Program-made: the position numbers and the translations under genes
In this document: positions 1 to 14,020 of the stretch, in pieces
Layout of the letters: every line of letters starts with the position of its first letter
Numbering within the stretch: the stretch's first letter is position 1
The notes under the pieces: generated by a model
Database searches by the model: none
Seen by the model: only the letters and a program-made list of their open reading frames with translations
Told to the model about the DNA's origin: nothing
Assembly: GCA_951406725.2 (NCBI GenBank)
Contig: OX597834.1
Coordinates: forward strand, 37,386,001 to 37,450,000
From: Octopus vulgaris
Lineage: Eukaryota
DNA: 64,000 nt
Reading direction: 5' to 3'

Positions 1-78
1 TACATACGCACATGCATATACACATATATACACATGCATGCATATATTCACATACATATATAGATGCAAATACAAATA

Positions 79-136
<58 letters not shown>

Positions 137-453
137 CACACACAAATACTATACATATCACACACAGGCATACATTGAATTTATCTGCAGAATAACACTG
201 TGAAATATATAGAAATAAAATTATAAAAATCTATTATTTTTATTCTGTGTGTGCATATATGCCTCTGGTGAGTCTATCTATGCTTGTACAGAAATACATA
301 CATACACACACACACACATATATATGTGTGTGTGTGTGTGTGAATTTATCTTTATATGAGCCAACCTTGAAAAATCGACATTTAATAGAACGATGATCAT
401 GATAATGATGATGATGATGATGATGGTGAGGATGATGCTGATGATCTATAAGG

Positions 454-602
454 GTAGGCATGGCTGTGTGGTAAGAAGCTTGCTTCCCAACCACATCGTT
501 TTTGGTTCAGTTCCACTGTGTGACATTCTGGGCAAATGTCTTCTACAACTGCCTCAGGCCAAACAGATCTTTGAGGGTTGACAGAAACTGAAAGAAGCCC
601 AT

Positions 603-633
<31 letters not shown>

Positions 634-897
634 ATGCATATATGTCTATGTACGTTTGTCTTCGTGTTTGTGATTGTCCCCCCCCCCCCCACTGTTTGAC
701 GAATGGTGTTGGTTTGTTTGTGTCCATCATAACTTAGCAGTTCAGCAAAAGAAACCAAAAGAATAAGGACCAGACTTAAAAAGAAAAAAAAAAAAACTAA
801 AAAGTCTTGGGGGTCGATTTGTTTGATTAAACCTCCTTAAGGGGGTACTCCAGCTGGGCCACAATCTAATTGCCAAAACAGGTAAAAGATAAAAGAC
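454..897 (+). mobile_element. SINE family A copy
   Basis: ggcatggctgtgtggtaagaagcttgcttcccaaccacat head through ccagctgggccaca..aaaacaggtaaaaga tail. Confidence 0.8.
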
Positions 898-2337
898 AGA
901 ATTTGTTGCATGTGTGTTTGTTTGTGTGGGTGAATGTCTTAAACGAAGTCCCTCATGCAAAACCAGTGACGATGTTGTTGACAATTCCCTGTCAACAGGT
1001 CACAATGTAGCTCAACCCAGTCAGAGAAGCAGGGATTAGAAATCCTTTACTTGTAAAACATGAAAAGGTTAGAGACGGGAGGAGCATCCAATTGTAAAGC
1101 AATGCTGCAATATACATCTTTATCCAACTTATTCGTGTATACATAAACAAATGCTAAAGGAAAGAATTTGTGAACACATAGACACACACACATATATGTA
1201 TGTATATATGTATGTATTGTGACAAATGTCAAAGAATGGAGTTAGCAAATCATTTTAACACTTCATTTACAATCGTTTCATCATAATTCAATATAATCAT
1301 TCTTGCGTAATGCTGTAATGATTCCAGCAGCTATTGATTAATTGTCATGTGCTATGTACGATTTCTTCTATTACACATACTGAACATGAATCTTTAAAAT
1401 TCCATAAAAAAGTACCATGTATATATATATATATATGTATATATGGTATTGGTTAGTGGATCAATAATTTTTCAGCGTTCCAGACATATGTCATCAATTC
1501 TCTCTATCATCCATCATATTATTTTAATCTCTTGCGTAGAACATCAAGTGCCTTCTAATGATTGGTTGACATAGTTTTTTTCACTGGTTTTGTTCTTTCC
1601 CTCTTACCATTATAAGGCTGCCATTTTCCCCATCCATTATTCCTGGGAAGGTCATGGGGCTTTGGGCCTCAGGTACCTCTTCCATAAGGTCTAATCAGAA
1701 GCAACCTTCATTACACTTTCAAGCTGGATTCCCAAGCATAACCATCCGAGACTATGGATATTATCCAATTGTCTGATTCTTGGTTTTTCTCTTGGGCTCA
1801 GCTTGAGGAGTCCCTTATGCAATCCTTTTGTTGTGATATCCTAATCACATGACCACAGTACCTCCTACTTCAAATACCAGAGTTATAATATTTCCAATGA
1901 CTGTATGTTGGACGAGGGGATTGAAAGCCACTTCCAGCAAGATGATGATGGTGAGGATGACACGGATGATCTATAAGGGCAGGCATGGCTGTGTGGTAAG
2001 AAGCTTGCTTCCCAAACACATCGTTTTTGGTTCAGTCCCACTGCATGGCATCTTGGGTAAGTGTCTTCTACTAGAGCCTTGGGCTGACCAAAGCCTTGTG
2101 AGTGGATCTGGCAGACAGAAACTGAAAGAAGCCTGTCATCATCATCAACATCATCGTTTAACGTCCGTTTTCCATGCTGGCATGGGTTGAATGGTTTGAC
2201 TGAGGTCTGGACAGCCAGTGGCTGCACCAGGCTCCAATCTGATCTGGCAATGTTTCTACAGCTGGATGCCCTTCCTATCACCAACCACTCCGAGAGTGTA
2301 GTGAGTGCTTTTTATGTGCCACTTGCATGTATGTATG

Positions 2338-2379
<42 letters not shown>

Positions 2380-2627
2380 TATATAGTTGGTAAATCATAA
2401 ATCTGAAAAAGAAGCACACCTTAAGTTATAGAGCTGTATATTATATAAATAAAGTTAGATAAGGCCAGTTTACGGGGTTACACTGGGTTTCACATCTATA
2501 AAGCACTCAGCTTTACAACACATTATCAGATCCTGAACCTGTTGACTTATGGCCTCTCTAGAAAATGGAAGAGGAAAGGACCTCACTACTCAATGTCAAT
2601 ATAATATAATATATATATATATGTATA

Positions 2628-3228
2628 TGCAGGGTGCAGCAGAAGTAACACCTTTCTTATTTGTATTTTTTATAGTTTTCTACTTCTTACAGGATGTGCA
2701 TGGCCTCTCTGTGAGTTAAATGTTCAGGAATGGTTACATCTTAATTTTGAGAGGAGGTGTATAAGACGATGTAAAGCAATTTTGTGGCCATCACAAGCAC
2801 CAGATCTAACACAACCTGACTTTATCTTGTGGAGTGTATTGAAAAATCTTGTTTATTCCCTGAAACCGAAAATGATTCCTGAATTAAAACAAGCGATTTC
2901 TGATAAATTTTCTATGATTAACGGGGATACGTGTCAAAGGGTTTGTAAAAGTGCTGCCGGTAGTGTTCAGCATTGTACTAAAAATGAAGGGGAGCCTTTT
3001 GAACATGTTAATTAAACATTTTATCATAATGAATTATGTTGTTTTGATGGAACAATACTTTATAAATTTCATAAAACTACTACACTTTATTTTCGATTAT
3101 TAGGTTTTTTTATGTTTCTTTAATCCTGTAATAAATTTTTATATAATAAAATTTGCTGAAAGAAAACAATTTTTGTACTATAAAAATTACTAAATAAAAA
3201 AGGGCATTAAATTCTGCCTCACCCTGCA
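2628..3228 (+). mobile_element. Internally deleted Tc1/mariner-superfamily element (maT/rosa-like C-terminus) with TIRs and TA flanks
   Basis: Termini TA|TGCAGGGTGCAGCAGAAGTAACACCTTT and AAAGGGCATTAAATTCTGCCTCACCCTGCA|TA are imperfect inverted repeats; ORF 2782-3015 WPSQAPDLTQPDFILWSVLKNLVY...GEPFEH corresponds to WPPRSPDLTP.DF.LWG.LK..VY...G.HFE. Confidence 0.85.
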
Positions 3229-3295
3229 TATATATTTATATATATGTATATACATATGTATATATATATTTTTATGTATATATATATGTGTATAT

Positions 3296-3584
3296 AAATA
3301 AGGACAAAAAAAATTTCTTTGCCAATATGCTGAGAATTAGATGCTAAATTGCCTAACTGCATAAAATATTTTCACTTGTATTCCTGGATTAATCCATTTT
3401 GAATTAATCCAGCAATCAGAAATTCAGAAATAACTATATTTTTATGAATTTCTGTTAGCTAGCTTTCCTTGTTTCAGCACACGTTGTAATAATATAAATG
3501 AAAATATTTAATATGGTTAAAAGATTTAGCGTCTATTTTTCAGCATATTGGCAAAGAAAACATTTTTTCATTTTGCCCTTGTTT
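3296..3584. mobile_element. Unclassified MITE / fold-back element with long imperfect TIRs
   Basis: 3313-3349 atttctttgccaatatgctgagaattagatgctaaat pairs with 3524-3560 atttagcgtctatttttcagcatattggcaaagaaaa; outer aaataaggacaaaa / ttttgcccttgttt extends the pairing. Confidence 0.7.
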
Positions 3585-3679
3585 ATAATTGTATTTATAA
3601 TTTTCATCTTAAAAGGTATTTTTCATATGCTGGCCACCGATAAAAATTTTTTCATGAAATTTTTTGCTTATATTAGAAG

Positions 3680-3815
<136 letters not shown>

Positions 3816-5719
3816 TGTGTGTGTTTGTCTCTCCACCATCATTTGACAACTGATGTTGGTGTGTTTATGCCCCTGTCATTTAGTAGTTTAACAAAAGAGA
3901 CCCACAGAATAAGTACTAGGCTTACAAAGAAGAAGTCTTGGGCTGATTTGTTTGACTAAAGGCAGTGCTCCAGCTTGGCCACAGTCAAATGGCTAAAACA
4001 AGCAAAAGAAAAATGACAAAACGTTTGTGGTTACTCCCCTCCATCAAATCAACATTACCTGAACAGGTAAATGGTGTATCACGCACCAGGTGTTGAATGG
4101 ATCACAGAACAAGATGGGACGAAGTGTTTTGCTGAAGAACAGAATGCACCAACTGGCCCAAGAATTGAAACCATGACCTCATGATTGTGAATTCAATTCC
4201 TCTAAGCATTGGGCCATGTGCTCTCATAAACTGACGCTATCAAAATTGAATCCATCCTATACAAGTATTCAGAACATTGAGTCCATACTATACAGAAATT
4301 TAGAAAGCATGTTTGATTCTATTTTCTCTGTACGATCATTTGCAGCCAATTCCATTATAGTCAGCACCTGCATGGGAATCCATAGGAGCAGTTCCAAGAC
4401 CAGCTGAAGACCATTTTGAAAAAGAACAGCATCACTTCTTCAATAATAGAAGAAATTGCTACCTTTCATTTATTTATATAATTAAATCTGTTTTGGTGGT
4501 CTATATTCAGTCCACTGCAGAAGGAAGGCCTCAGCATGTCCTCTCCAACAACCATAGTCTGATTGTGGGGGCTATGAATTTGAGCTGGCAGAAACGTTAG
4601 CGCGCTGGGCGAAATGCTTAGTGGTATTTCATCTGTCGCTACGTTCTGAGTTCAAATTCTGCTGATGTCGACTTTGTCTTTCATCCTTTTGGGGTCAATA
4701 AATTACATCGACCCCAGTGTAAAACTGGGGTCGATGTAATCAACTTAATCCCTTTGTCTGTCCTTGTTTGCCCCCTCTATGTTTAGCCCCTTGTGGATAG
4801 TAAAGAAATATATATGAATTTGAGCTTGAGTTCAAACCCAGTGCATAACCTCTGAATATAGGCAATCCATCCATCCATCCATCCATCCATCCGTACACTC
4901 ATACATGCACACCACGTGCATACACAGACATTAGAAAGGTACCAGTTGCGTACTAGGGTTGATGTAATCAATTTAACTACTCCTAGGTCTTGGTCTAAAA
5001 ACTGTACCCCTCTGCTATGCTATGTTGAGGTTGTGTTGCTGAGTAGGCTCATCAAACCAGTATGGCCTCAAGCTCAGATCCGTGGCTTACACACCAGACT
5101 GTGGCTGGTGGAGTGGATATGTTGAGTCCAGTGTCCAGCAGTGGATTCACATGAGCAATCTAACTGAAACCATGCTGTTTATTGAGCACTATCGGTAAAA
5201 GCAAGGAGAAACGGATGCGTAGATGCATGCAAGGTAGTACCGCAATATTTCACCTCTCAGATCTTCTATCGGAGATCTACATGAAGGATTGGCTGCAGAG
5301 CCAAGAAAGGAACCAGAAATGAAGAAGAAGATGATCATTAACGGATTTGACAAACCACCGTCAGCAAGTAAACAGATCTTTGTGTACGTGTGTGTGTGTG
5401 AAAGAGAGGGAGCATGTGGTCATGTGTGTGTGTGTGTGCGTGTGTGTGCGTTTGAGTATGTGTATTCATTTGTTTGATGAGTTTTATAGCAATATTAATA
5501 TTATTAATATTTCGAATCAAAGGTTTTTCTTGTGAAGGAAAAATCTTTGATTTCAAACATTTAATACTCCTGTAAAACTCATAAAACAAGCAAATAAATA
5601 ATCACTTAACAGTCGTGTATTGAGTCCTTTAATGTCTACTAAATCTGTCAAATCTTCAGATTAATATAACCAAGGAAAGATAAATATACACAAAGATATG
5701 TATACATATATATGTATGT

Positions 5720-5819
<100 letters not shown>

Positions 5820-5842
5820 TATATATATACATATTATGTATT

Positions 5843-5878
<36 letters not shown>

Positions 5879-5946
5879 TATTTACACACATCTTGCTTTC
5901 AAATATATTTATAGCTGTATGTTTAAATGTCTGTGCACTTACATAT

Positions 5947-5982
<36 letters not shown>

Positions 5983-6053
5983 CTCTTTTACTCCTTTTAG
6001 CTTGTTTCAGCCATCCGGCTGAGGCCAGAAGGCTGCACCAGGCTCCATCTTTT

Positions 6054-6904
6054 ATTCCTTTACTTGCTTCAGTCATCTGACCGCAGCCATGCTGGAGCAT
6101 GACCTTTAGTCGAGCAAATCAGGACTTATTAATTGTAAGCCTAGTACTTATTCTATCAGTCTGTTTTGCTGGACTGCTAAGTTATGGGGACATAAACACA
6201 CCAGCATCAGTCATCAAGTGATGCTGGAGGGTCAAACACAGACACACAAACATATATCATCATCATTTGGCGTCTGCTTTCCATGCTGGCATGGGTTGGA
6301 CGGTTCAACTGGGGTCTGGGAAACCAGAAGGCTGCACCAGGCCCAGTCTGATCTGGCAGTGTTTCTACAGCTGGATGCCCTTCCTAACGCCAACCACTCC
6401 AAGAGTGTAGTGTGTGCTTTTTACATGCCAGACAGGGCTGGCAAACGGCCACGGACGGATTATGCTTTTTACGTGCCACCGGCACGGGGGCCAGGCAAGG
6501 CTGGCAACGGCCACAATCGGATGGTGCTTTTTATGTGCCACCGGCACGGGGACCAGTCGGGGCGGCACTGGCAACGGACACGGTCGGATGGTGCTTTTTA
6601 CGTGCCACCGGCATGGGGGCCAGGTGAGGCTGGCAATGGCCACGATCAGATGGTGCTTTTTACATGCCAGTGGCACGGAGGCCAGTCAGGGCGGTGCTGG
6701 CCACGGCCACTATCGGATGGTATACTATATATATATATATATATATATATATGACAAGCTTCTTTCATTTTCTGTCAATGAAATCCACTCGCAAGGCTTT
6801 TGTTGGCCTGAGGCTATAGTAGAAGACATTTGCCCAAGGTGATACGGAGTGGGACTGAACCCAGTTGGTAAGCAAGCTACTTACCACACAGTCACTCCTG
6901 CGCC
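6054..6904 (-). mobile_element. SINE family A copy with a family B element nested in its central microsatellite
   Basis: Tail half 6054-6250 and head half 6752-6904 (..ttaccacacagtcactcctgcgcc) flank the family B insertion at 6257-6720. Confidence 0.8.
6257..6720 (-). mobile_element. Repeat family B ((GAT)n-tailed short retroelement with AGGAAGGGCATCCAGCTGTA motif) carrying an internal about 60-bp tandem array
   Basis: catcatcatttggcgtctgctttccatgctggcatgggttggacgg..ctggatgcccttcctaacgccaaccactcc followed by about 5 units of gcttttacgtgccaccggcacggg..ggcaacggccac..cggatggt; other copies at 2138-2325, 7755-7880, 28800-29030, 29912-30103 (+), 58032-58355, 58668-58905. Confidence 0.8.
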
Positions 6905-6919
6905 TATATACATATATAT

Positions 6920-6990
<71 letters not shown>

Positions 6991-7416
6991 TATGTATGTT
7001 TGTATGCATGTGTGTATGAATATATAAATGCAATATGGAATCTTAAATGTTGAAGTGAATATAACGGTTTTTGTGTGGTTCTTAAATGGCTTATAAACAC
7101 CTTCCACGCTGCAATTGTTTTCGTTCCAGCATATGATCTCAGATCAGGTCACTTGCTATGCAAGTATATCGCCCTAATATATATATATATGAATGTACAT
7201 ATATATGAATGTATGTTTGTGTGCGTATACATATATACACACACACACATATATATATACAATAATAACTATATAATAATAATCATCATCATAATAATAA
7301 TAATAATAATATATACTCTGATTTAAAATGACATTTGTGTAAACGATTGACTGAAAAATGATGAGCTAAACTGGGCCAGAATTGAACTCACAAATCAGCG
7401 CTTACAAGGCTCCTTG

Positions 7417-7447
<31 letters not shown>

Positions 7448-7600
7448 TATTGTTATGATATATTGTTATATAGTTATTATTGTATAAAACACTTTCACAG
7501 TTGCCTTTTCTCCGTAACTTACAAAGCCTTTGGGTTTGTTTGCATATATTGTGTGTATGTGTGTATACCTATGCCTTCTTGTATAAATACATAAGCATGC

Positions 7601-7686
<86 letters not shown>

Positions 7687-7960
7687 CAGTAGTACCTTGA
7701 TTTTCGAACAACTCTGATTATGAATAAATCATGCTTTATGTGTGTATATATATATCATCATCATCATCATCGTTTAGCGTCCGCTTTCCATGCTGGCATG
7801 GGTTGGACAATGCAACTGGGGTCTGGGAAGCCAGAAGGCTGCACCAGGCCCAGTATGATCTGGCAATGTTTCTACGGCTCGTATATGTATATATAAATCA
7901 CGATTTATTTGTGAACAGAGGCATTCATAAACTGAGGTACTTTTGTATATATATATATAC

Positions 7961-7995
<35 letters not shown>

Positions 7996-8109
7996 GTGTT
8001 AGGGAGAACTAAGAATCACATTCCAGATTGTACGATGTGTAAGTACAGAGTGGAATATTCCATGCCAGGGAGATATGGACATTGAATGTAGATGTACAAA
8101 AGGTGGGAA

Positions 8110-8335
8110 GACATGAAGCCAGTCTGTTTTATTGGTTGTTGTAGAGTTAGTGTGCCCAAGAGACATGGTTTAGATGAGTTAAGAGTACAAGTTGGATCAG
8201 ACATACAGTGTAAGAGAAACGACTGCGATGGTAAGGACATGTAACGTGGATAGACGATGACAGTTGAGTGAAGAACTGTTCAGTGAGTTAAGTAGAAGGA
8301 AAGTGTGGATGAAGGAGAACAAGAAAAAAATATGA
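8110..8335 (+). mobile_element. Decayed RTE LINE C-terminal fragment
   Basis: RLRW*GHVTWIDDDS*VKNCSVS*VEGKCG*RRTRK resembles RLRWYGHV.RM..D..VK.....VEG..GRGRPRK. Confidence 0.6.
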
Positions 8336-8746
8336 GCAGATGTCATTCACAGAGACACAAGTTCCCCGCTTCAAATGCCCTGCCCTTCTCATAATTCCTT
8401 GTCTTGTGAGATTCTTGGTTCCCCTGCCAGTGCTGGTGGCACGTTAAAAGCGTCCAAGCCACACTGTAACATGGTTGGTGTCTGGAAGGGCACCCAGCTG
8501 TAAAAATCATGTCAAAACTAACCTCGCCTGTGCTAGTAAAAAGGGAAGGTGCATGACTCAGTGGTTAGCACATTGAGCCCAGAATCATGAGGTAGGGAGT
8601 TCAGTTCCTGAACCAGGCTGTGCGTTGTGTTCTTAAGCAAGACTTTCACGTTGCTCCAGTTCACTCATCTGTAGAAATGAATTGCAATGTCCCTGGTGCC
8701 AAGCTGTATCGACTCCTTTGCCTTTCCCTTGGATAATATCACTGGC

Positions 8747-8784
<38 letters not shown>

Positions 8785-8835
8785 TAATAAAATTATTATT
8801 ATTATTATTATTATTATTGTTATTGTTATTACTAT

Positions 8836-9374
8836 TGAGTGAGAGAGCAGTGCATGCCATCAAAGTGACACTGGGGTAAAATATACGAAGCCCAGTATAC
8901 CCATCATGAATATCCATCTGATAAGGGTACACCACGCACATGCATCACAACCATATGTGCACAACATGGTTATCTCATATCGAGATAAACAGTGCATCAC
9001 CTTGCAGGTGGGGCCCAGTTTTTTTCTTTCTTCAGGTCAAGTAGCCCATTCTGCCCAAAAGGTCCCTGAGTAAGGGTTGTTTAAGGATGTTCCAAAGGTG
9101 AACTATGCAAACCTCAAAGAATTCCTCTCAGCAAATGGTTATGATGCTCCCCCACTGCTTCTTGCTCTTGATCAGAGATGCACATCTCGTCAACCACCAA
9201 GGGACATGCTCAGCTGGTTAAGGCCAAACAACTGACAAGCAAATTTGTCGTATTGAGCAGAATATTTGCTGTAGGCCATCTTTTGTAACAAGACGAAACA
9301 TGTACATGATAACACTTCCAATCAGTTAAAAATCAGAAGCCATGAGAGCCGCTGCCTGGTACTGCATCAGGGCA
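8836..9374 (-). mobile_element. About 540-bp non-coding interspersed repeat embedded in (TAA)n
   Basis: Reverse complement of 55080-55629 along its whole length; flanked by (TTA)n on both sides. Strand is assigned relative to the 55080 copy. Confidence 0.75.
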
Positions 9375-9399
9375 TTTATTATTATTATATCATTTTTAC

Positions 9400-9431
<32 letters not shown>

Positions 9432-9610
9432 GAGTGATGAGGATGCAGATGATGGTTATGACGATGATGACGATGAGGGTGATGATAATAATAATAATAT
9501 ATGCCAGACGGATATACACATACACAAATACACAAGCATAGATACAACATTATACATTTGGTGTTTTTATATGAGTTATTGTTCTATCTATCTATTACAT
9601 ATATATATGT

Positions 9611-9642
<32 letters not shown>

Positions 9643-10094
9643 ACGCATGCGTGTGTGTATATGTGTGTGTGTGTGAGTGCATGTGTGTATGTGCTTATGT
9701 GCAGGATTTCAAGTAGTTTACATACACAAATGTAGATACAAATACATATGTAGAAATGCACATATACAGAGTTTGTTGTTTTATTCACAAAAACTTCTTG
9801 GCATCGCGTGTGTGCGTGCATGTGTGTGTTTTACTTTAAGTGTATATATATGTATTTATTCCAATTCCTGCAAATTAGTCACCATACACATACATAAACA
9901 CATATATACATATTCACATAAACACATGCAGCTCACATTCTCATAACTATATATATGTGGATATATATATATATATATATATAAAGGCATATATACATAA
10001 ATATATATATAAATATAGATTCACACATATATATATAAATGCATATATACATATATATAAAATATATATACACATTTATATATATGAATTTACG

Positions 10095-10146
<52 letters not shown>

Positions 10147-10207
10147 TAAATAAATGGTACAACAAGGCACCGATATATATATATACATACACATGATCAG
10201 ATATATA

Positions 10208-10259
<52 letters not shown>

Positions 10260-10804
10260 CATATGTATATGCATACATATAATCACACAAACACACAGAT
10301 ATATATATGACCATACATATATATATACACACAAAGTTTTATAGAGAAGAATCATACAAAATTAAAATTCCAGTTTTTGATTTATTTTGCTTTTTATTCT
10401 ACGCCTCATGATGTATTTATATGCAAGTACGTGTGTATATATGTGTGTATAGCTGCATGTATATGTATATGTATGTGTATATCTGTGTGTATATGTGCCT
10501 ATGTGCCTGTATGTCTACCAATTTTTTCATTAGTTCATACAAACACTCAGAACTAAAGTTTATATTCATTTTTCTTGCTTCTTTTAAAAATTTTTTTTTT
10601 CATATTTGGTATATTATTTTTATTACTACTACTATCATTAATAATAAGATTATTATTATTATTATTATTGTTGTTATCATTGTTATTATTATTATCATTC
10701 GCTACTGTATCTCCTCCTAAAATTTTCATTTTTCCATTTTTCATGTATTTATGTATCATCATCACCTGCACCATCATTTGTGTCTACTCACACATACACA
10801 CACT

Positions 10805-10838
<34 letters not shown>

Positions 10839-11067
10839 TGTATGTATATATATACATATATACATATATATACATATATATACATATATACACATATATA
10901 CATATATATACATATATACATATATATATATATACACATATATACATATACACACATATATATACATACACACATATATATACATACACACATATATATA
11001 CATATATATATATACACACACACACATATATATACACACACATATATACATATATATATACACACAC

Positions 11068-11114
<47 letters not shown>

Positions 11115-11984
11115 TATATATACATATATATATGCACACACATACACACAGTGATATATATATATATTTTTCTGAAGATGTATTTTTTGTTTTGTTTTTC
11201 TTTTACTGTTGTGAAGAATTAATTTTCTATTGAAATCATGTCTGTTCTATAAATTGATAGTCGACACTTCACTCAAGATTCTGTCGACATTTCACTCAAC
11301 AGTTCTGTCAACACTTCACTTAACACTCCATTTAAAATGTCTCTCAACACTTCACACACTATTATTGTCAAAGCCCGACATTTCTTACGACTCTTCACTC
11401 AGCATTTTTGTGAACATTCCACTCGACAATTCTGTTGATACTTCTTTCAAGACTTATCTCAAACTTTATGTCAACACTTCCCTCAACATTTCACTCAATA
11501 TATTATTCAACAACTCTTTTAACACTCCACTGATGACAGTTGAGTGAAGACGTGTTCAGTGAGTCGAGTGGAAGAAAAGTATGGATGAAGAAGCCCAAGA
11601 AAAAAATATGAGCAGATGTCATTCACAGAGACATAAGTTCCTCTCTTCAAATGCCCTGCCCCTCTCATAATTCCTTGTCTTGTGAGTTTCTTGGTTACTC
11701 TGCCAGTACTGGTGGCACATTAAAAGCAACCAATTCACACTGTAACATGGTTGGCGTCTGGAAGGGCACCCAGTTGTAAAAATCATGTCAAAATTAACCT
11801 CACCTGTGCTAGTGCCATGTAAAAAGCACTGAGTCCACTCTGTGGAGTGGTTGGTGTTAGGAAGGGCATCCAGCACTTTACTCAACAATTCTGTCAACTC
11901 TTCACTCAACATTTCTGTTGACACTTCCATTCACCAATCTTATCAACACCTCGCCCAGCCCTTCACTCAACATATATTAACACT

Positions 11985-12370
11985 TCACTCAGCTTCAGTC
12001 AACATTTCACTCAACAATTCTCTCAATATCCCACTTAACATTTTTGTAACTACTTCACTCAATAATTTTGACAACACTTCACTCAACAATTCTCTCAAGA
12101 TTCCACTCAGCATTTTTGTAACTACTTCACTCAATAATTTTGACAACACTTCACTCAACAATTCTCTCAAGATTCCACTCAGCATTTTTGTAACTACTTC
12201 ACTCAATAATTTTGACAACACTTCACTCAACAATTCTCTCAAGATTCCACTCAACATTTTTGTAACTACTTCACTCAATAATTCTGACAATACTCCACTC
12301 AACAATTCTCTCAAGATTCCACTCAACATTTCTGTAACCACTTCATTCAATAATTCTGTCAACAATTCAC
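11985..12370. repeat. 72-bp minisatellite (about 5 units) built from 12-bp subunits, inside a degenerate field about 11260-12470
   Basis: Unit acttcactcaataattttgacaacacttcactcaacaattctctcaagattccactcagcatttttgtaact; gives the 24-aa periodicity seen in ORFs on both strands. Confidence 0.9.
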
Positions 12371-13207
12371 TCAACATTACCACTGGTACTTTACTCAACG
12401 CTTCACTCAACATTACCTTTGACACTTTACTCAACATCTCTTTCAACACCGTGTTCACCATTACTTTGAATTATTCTCATCTTCATTAGCATCCTCGTTT
12501 GTAATTTCAAGTTAATTTACTTGTGATTTGTCAGCTCTTGTAATTAAAAAAAAAAAAAACATTTTTTAATCAATTATTTATTTGTTTGTTTATCTAACTT
12601 GTTTTTTTATTGGTTTATTTTGGTTGTTGAGTTGTTTGTGTTCATTTGGCAACCTGTTTAAACTAACAGCTTTGTCTTCTAACTCTGCCAGTCTTTGGAA
12701 TGTTGGAACTACTAATTAGTCATTCTTACAGCGCCGGCGTCACACTCATCTGTGACATTGTCGAACACATTGATCTCGTTTTCTTTTTTTTTCTTACATC
12801 GTCATCATCATCGTCGTCGTTAAAATTGTTGTGTCGCATCGTCAGAGTTGTTATCTTTGTTTTATACAGACATATATATATATATATATACATAGATGAA
12901 TATGTATAAACAAATTCCCCCTCTTTCTCTCTCTATATATATACGTGTGTGTGTATGTATGTGTGTGTGTGTGTGTTTGTGGGACTTCATACACATATAT
13001 ATAGATATATACTTACACATACAAACACATGCATATATACATATATACTCACATATATAAACACATGTATTTGTATGTATATATATATATATATATATAT
13101 ACATACATATATATATATGTGTTTATATATATATATTTATATATATGTAATATATGTATGTATGTATATATATATAAGTATATATGTATATACACACACA
13201 TGTACAT

Positions 13208-13264
<57 letters not shown>

Positions 13265-13958
13265 AAGAAACTAAGAGAGAGTAGGAAATATTGGTATGTA
13301 GGTAGATAGACATATGGATTGTCAGGTAGATAAGTGGGTTGGTAAATTAACTGGTATGTATGTGTGTATATATATTTATGTATGTATATATGTATGTGTA
13401 TACATGCGTGTTAGTATGCATGCATGTTGGTAGGTAGGTAGGTCTGTAGGCAGGTAGGTAGGTAGGTATGTAGGTAGATAGGTAGGTAGGTAGGTAAGTA
13501 GACAAAGAGATGGGCAGGAAGATAGGTAGGTAAAAACAGGTAGGTAAAAACAGATAGGTAAAAACAGGTAGGTAGATAGGTAGGTAGACCATTAGGTAGG
13601 TAGGTAGGTAGGTATATGCAAACCTGTGTGATGAAGATAATGATGATGATGATGATGTTGGTGATACTATTTACCAGTTCTTCCAGCTACTTAGCACCAA
13701 CAACCAGCAATAAAAGCAGTCCAGAATCTATATAGTTAGGTGTTTAATAAATGTTGTACAGCGAGTGTATTGAATAACAAATACATCGAAGACATACAAC
13801 TTGGAGAGAGACAGAGAATTGTTTTTGCTACAGCAGCTAGCCTCTACTGGCAACGTTGCTGGTTAATATTAATAAATGTTTTAAACAGCACAGAGAATGT
13901 AGATCACTGTAAGAGACGGAGAAATGATAGATTATATACCTGGTGGTTAGGGATAGAA

Positions 13959-13989
<31 letters not shown>

Positions 13990-14020
13990 TGCATATATGC
14001 GTATATGCATATGTGCACAC

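Noticed and set aside
1500-1850. RTE-like LINE remnant on the minus strand (WQPYNGKRERTKP..)
   Set aside because: Similarity is too short and decayed to support as a feature without a profile search.
6415-6720. CRISPR array
   Set aside because: The spacers are homologous to each other (alternating types), the array lies inside a eukaryotic retro-repeat, and no cas genes are present.
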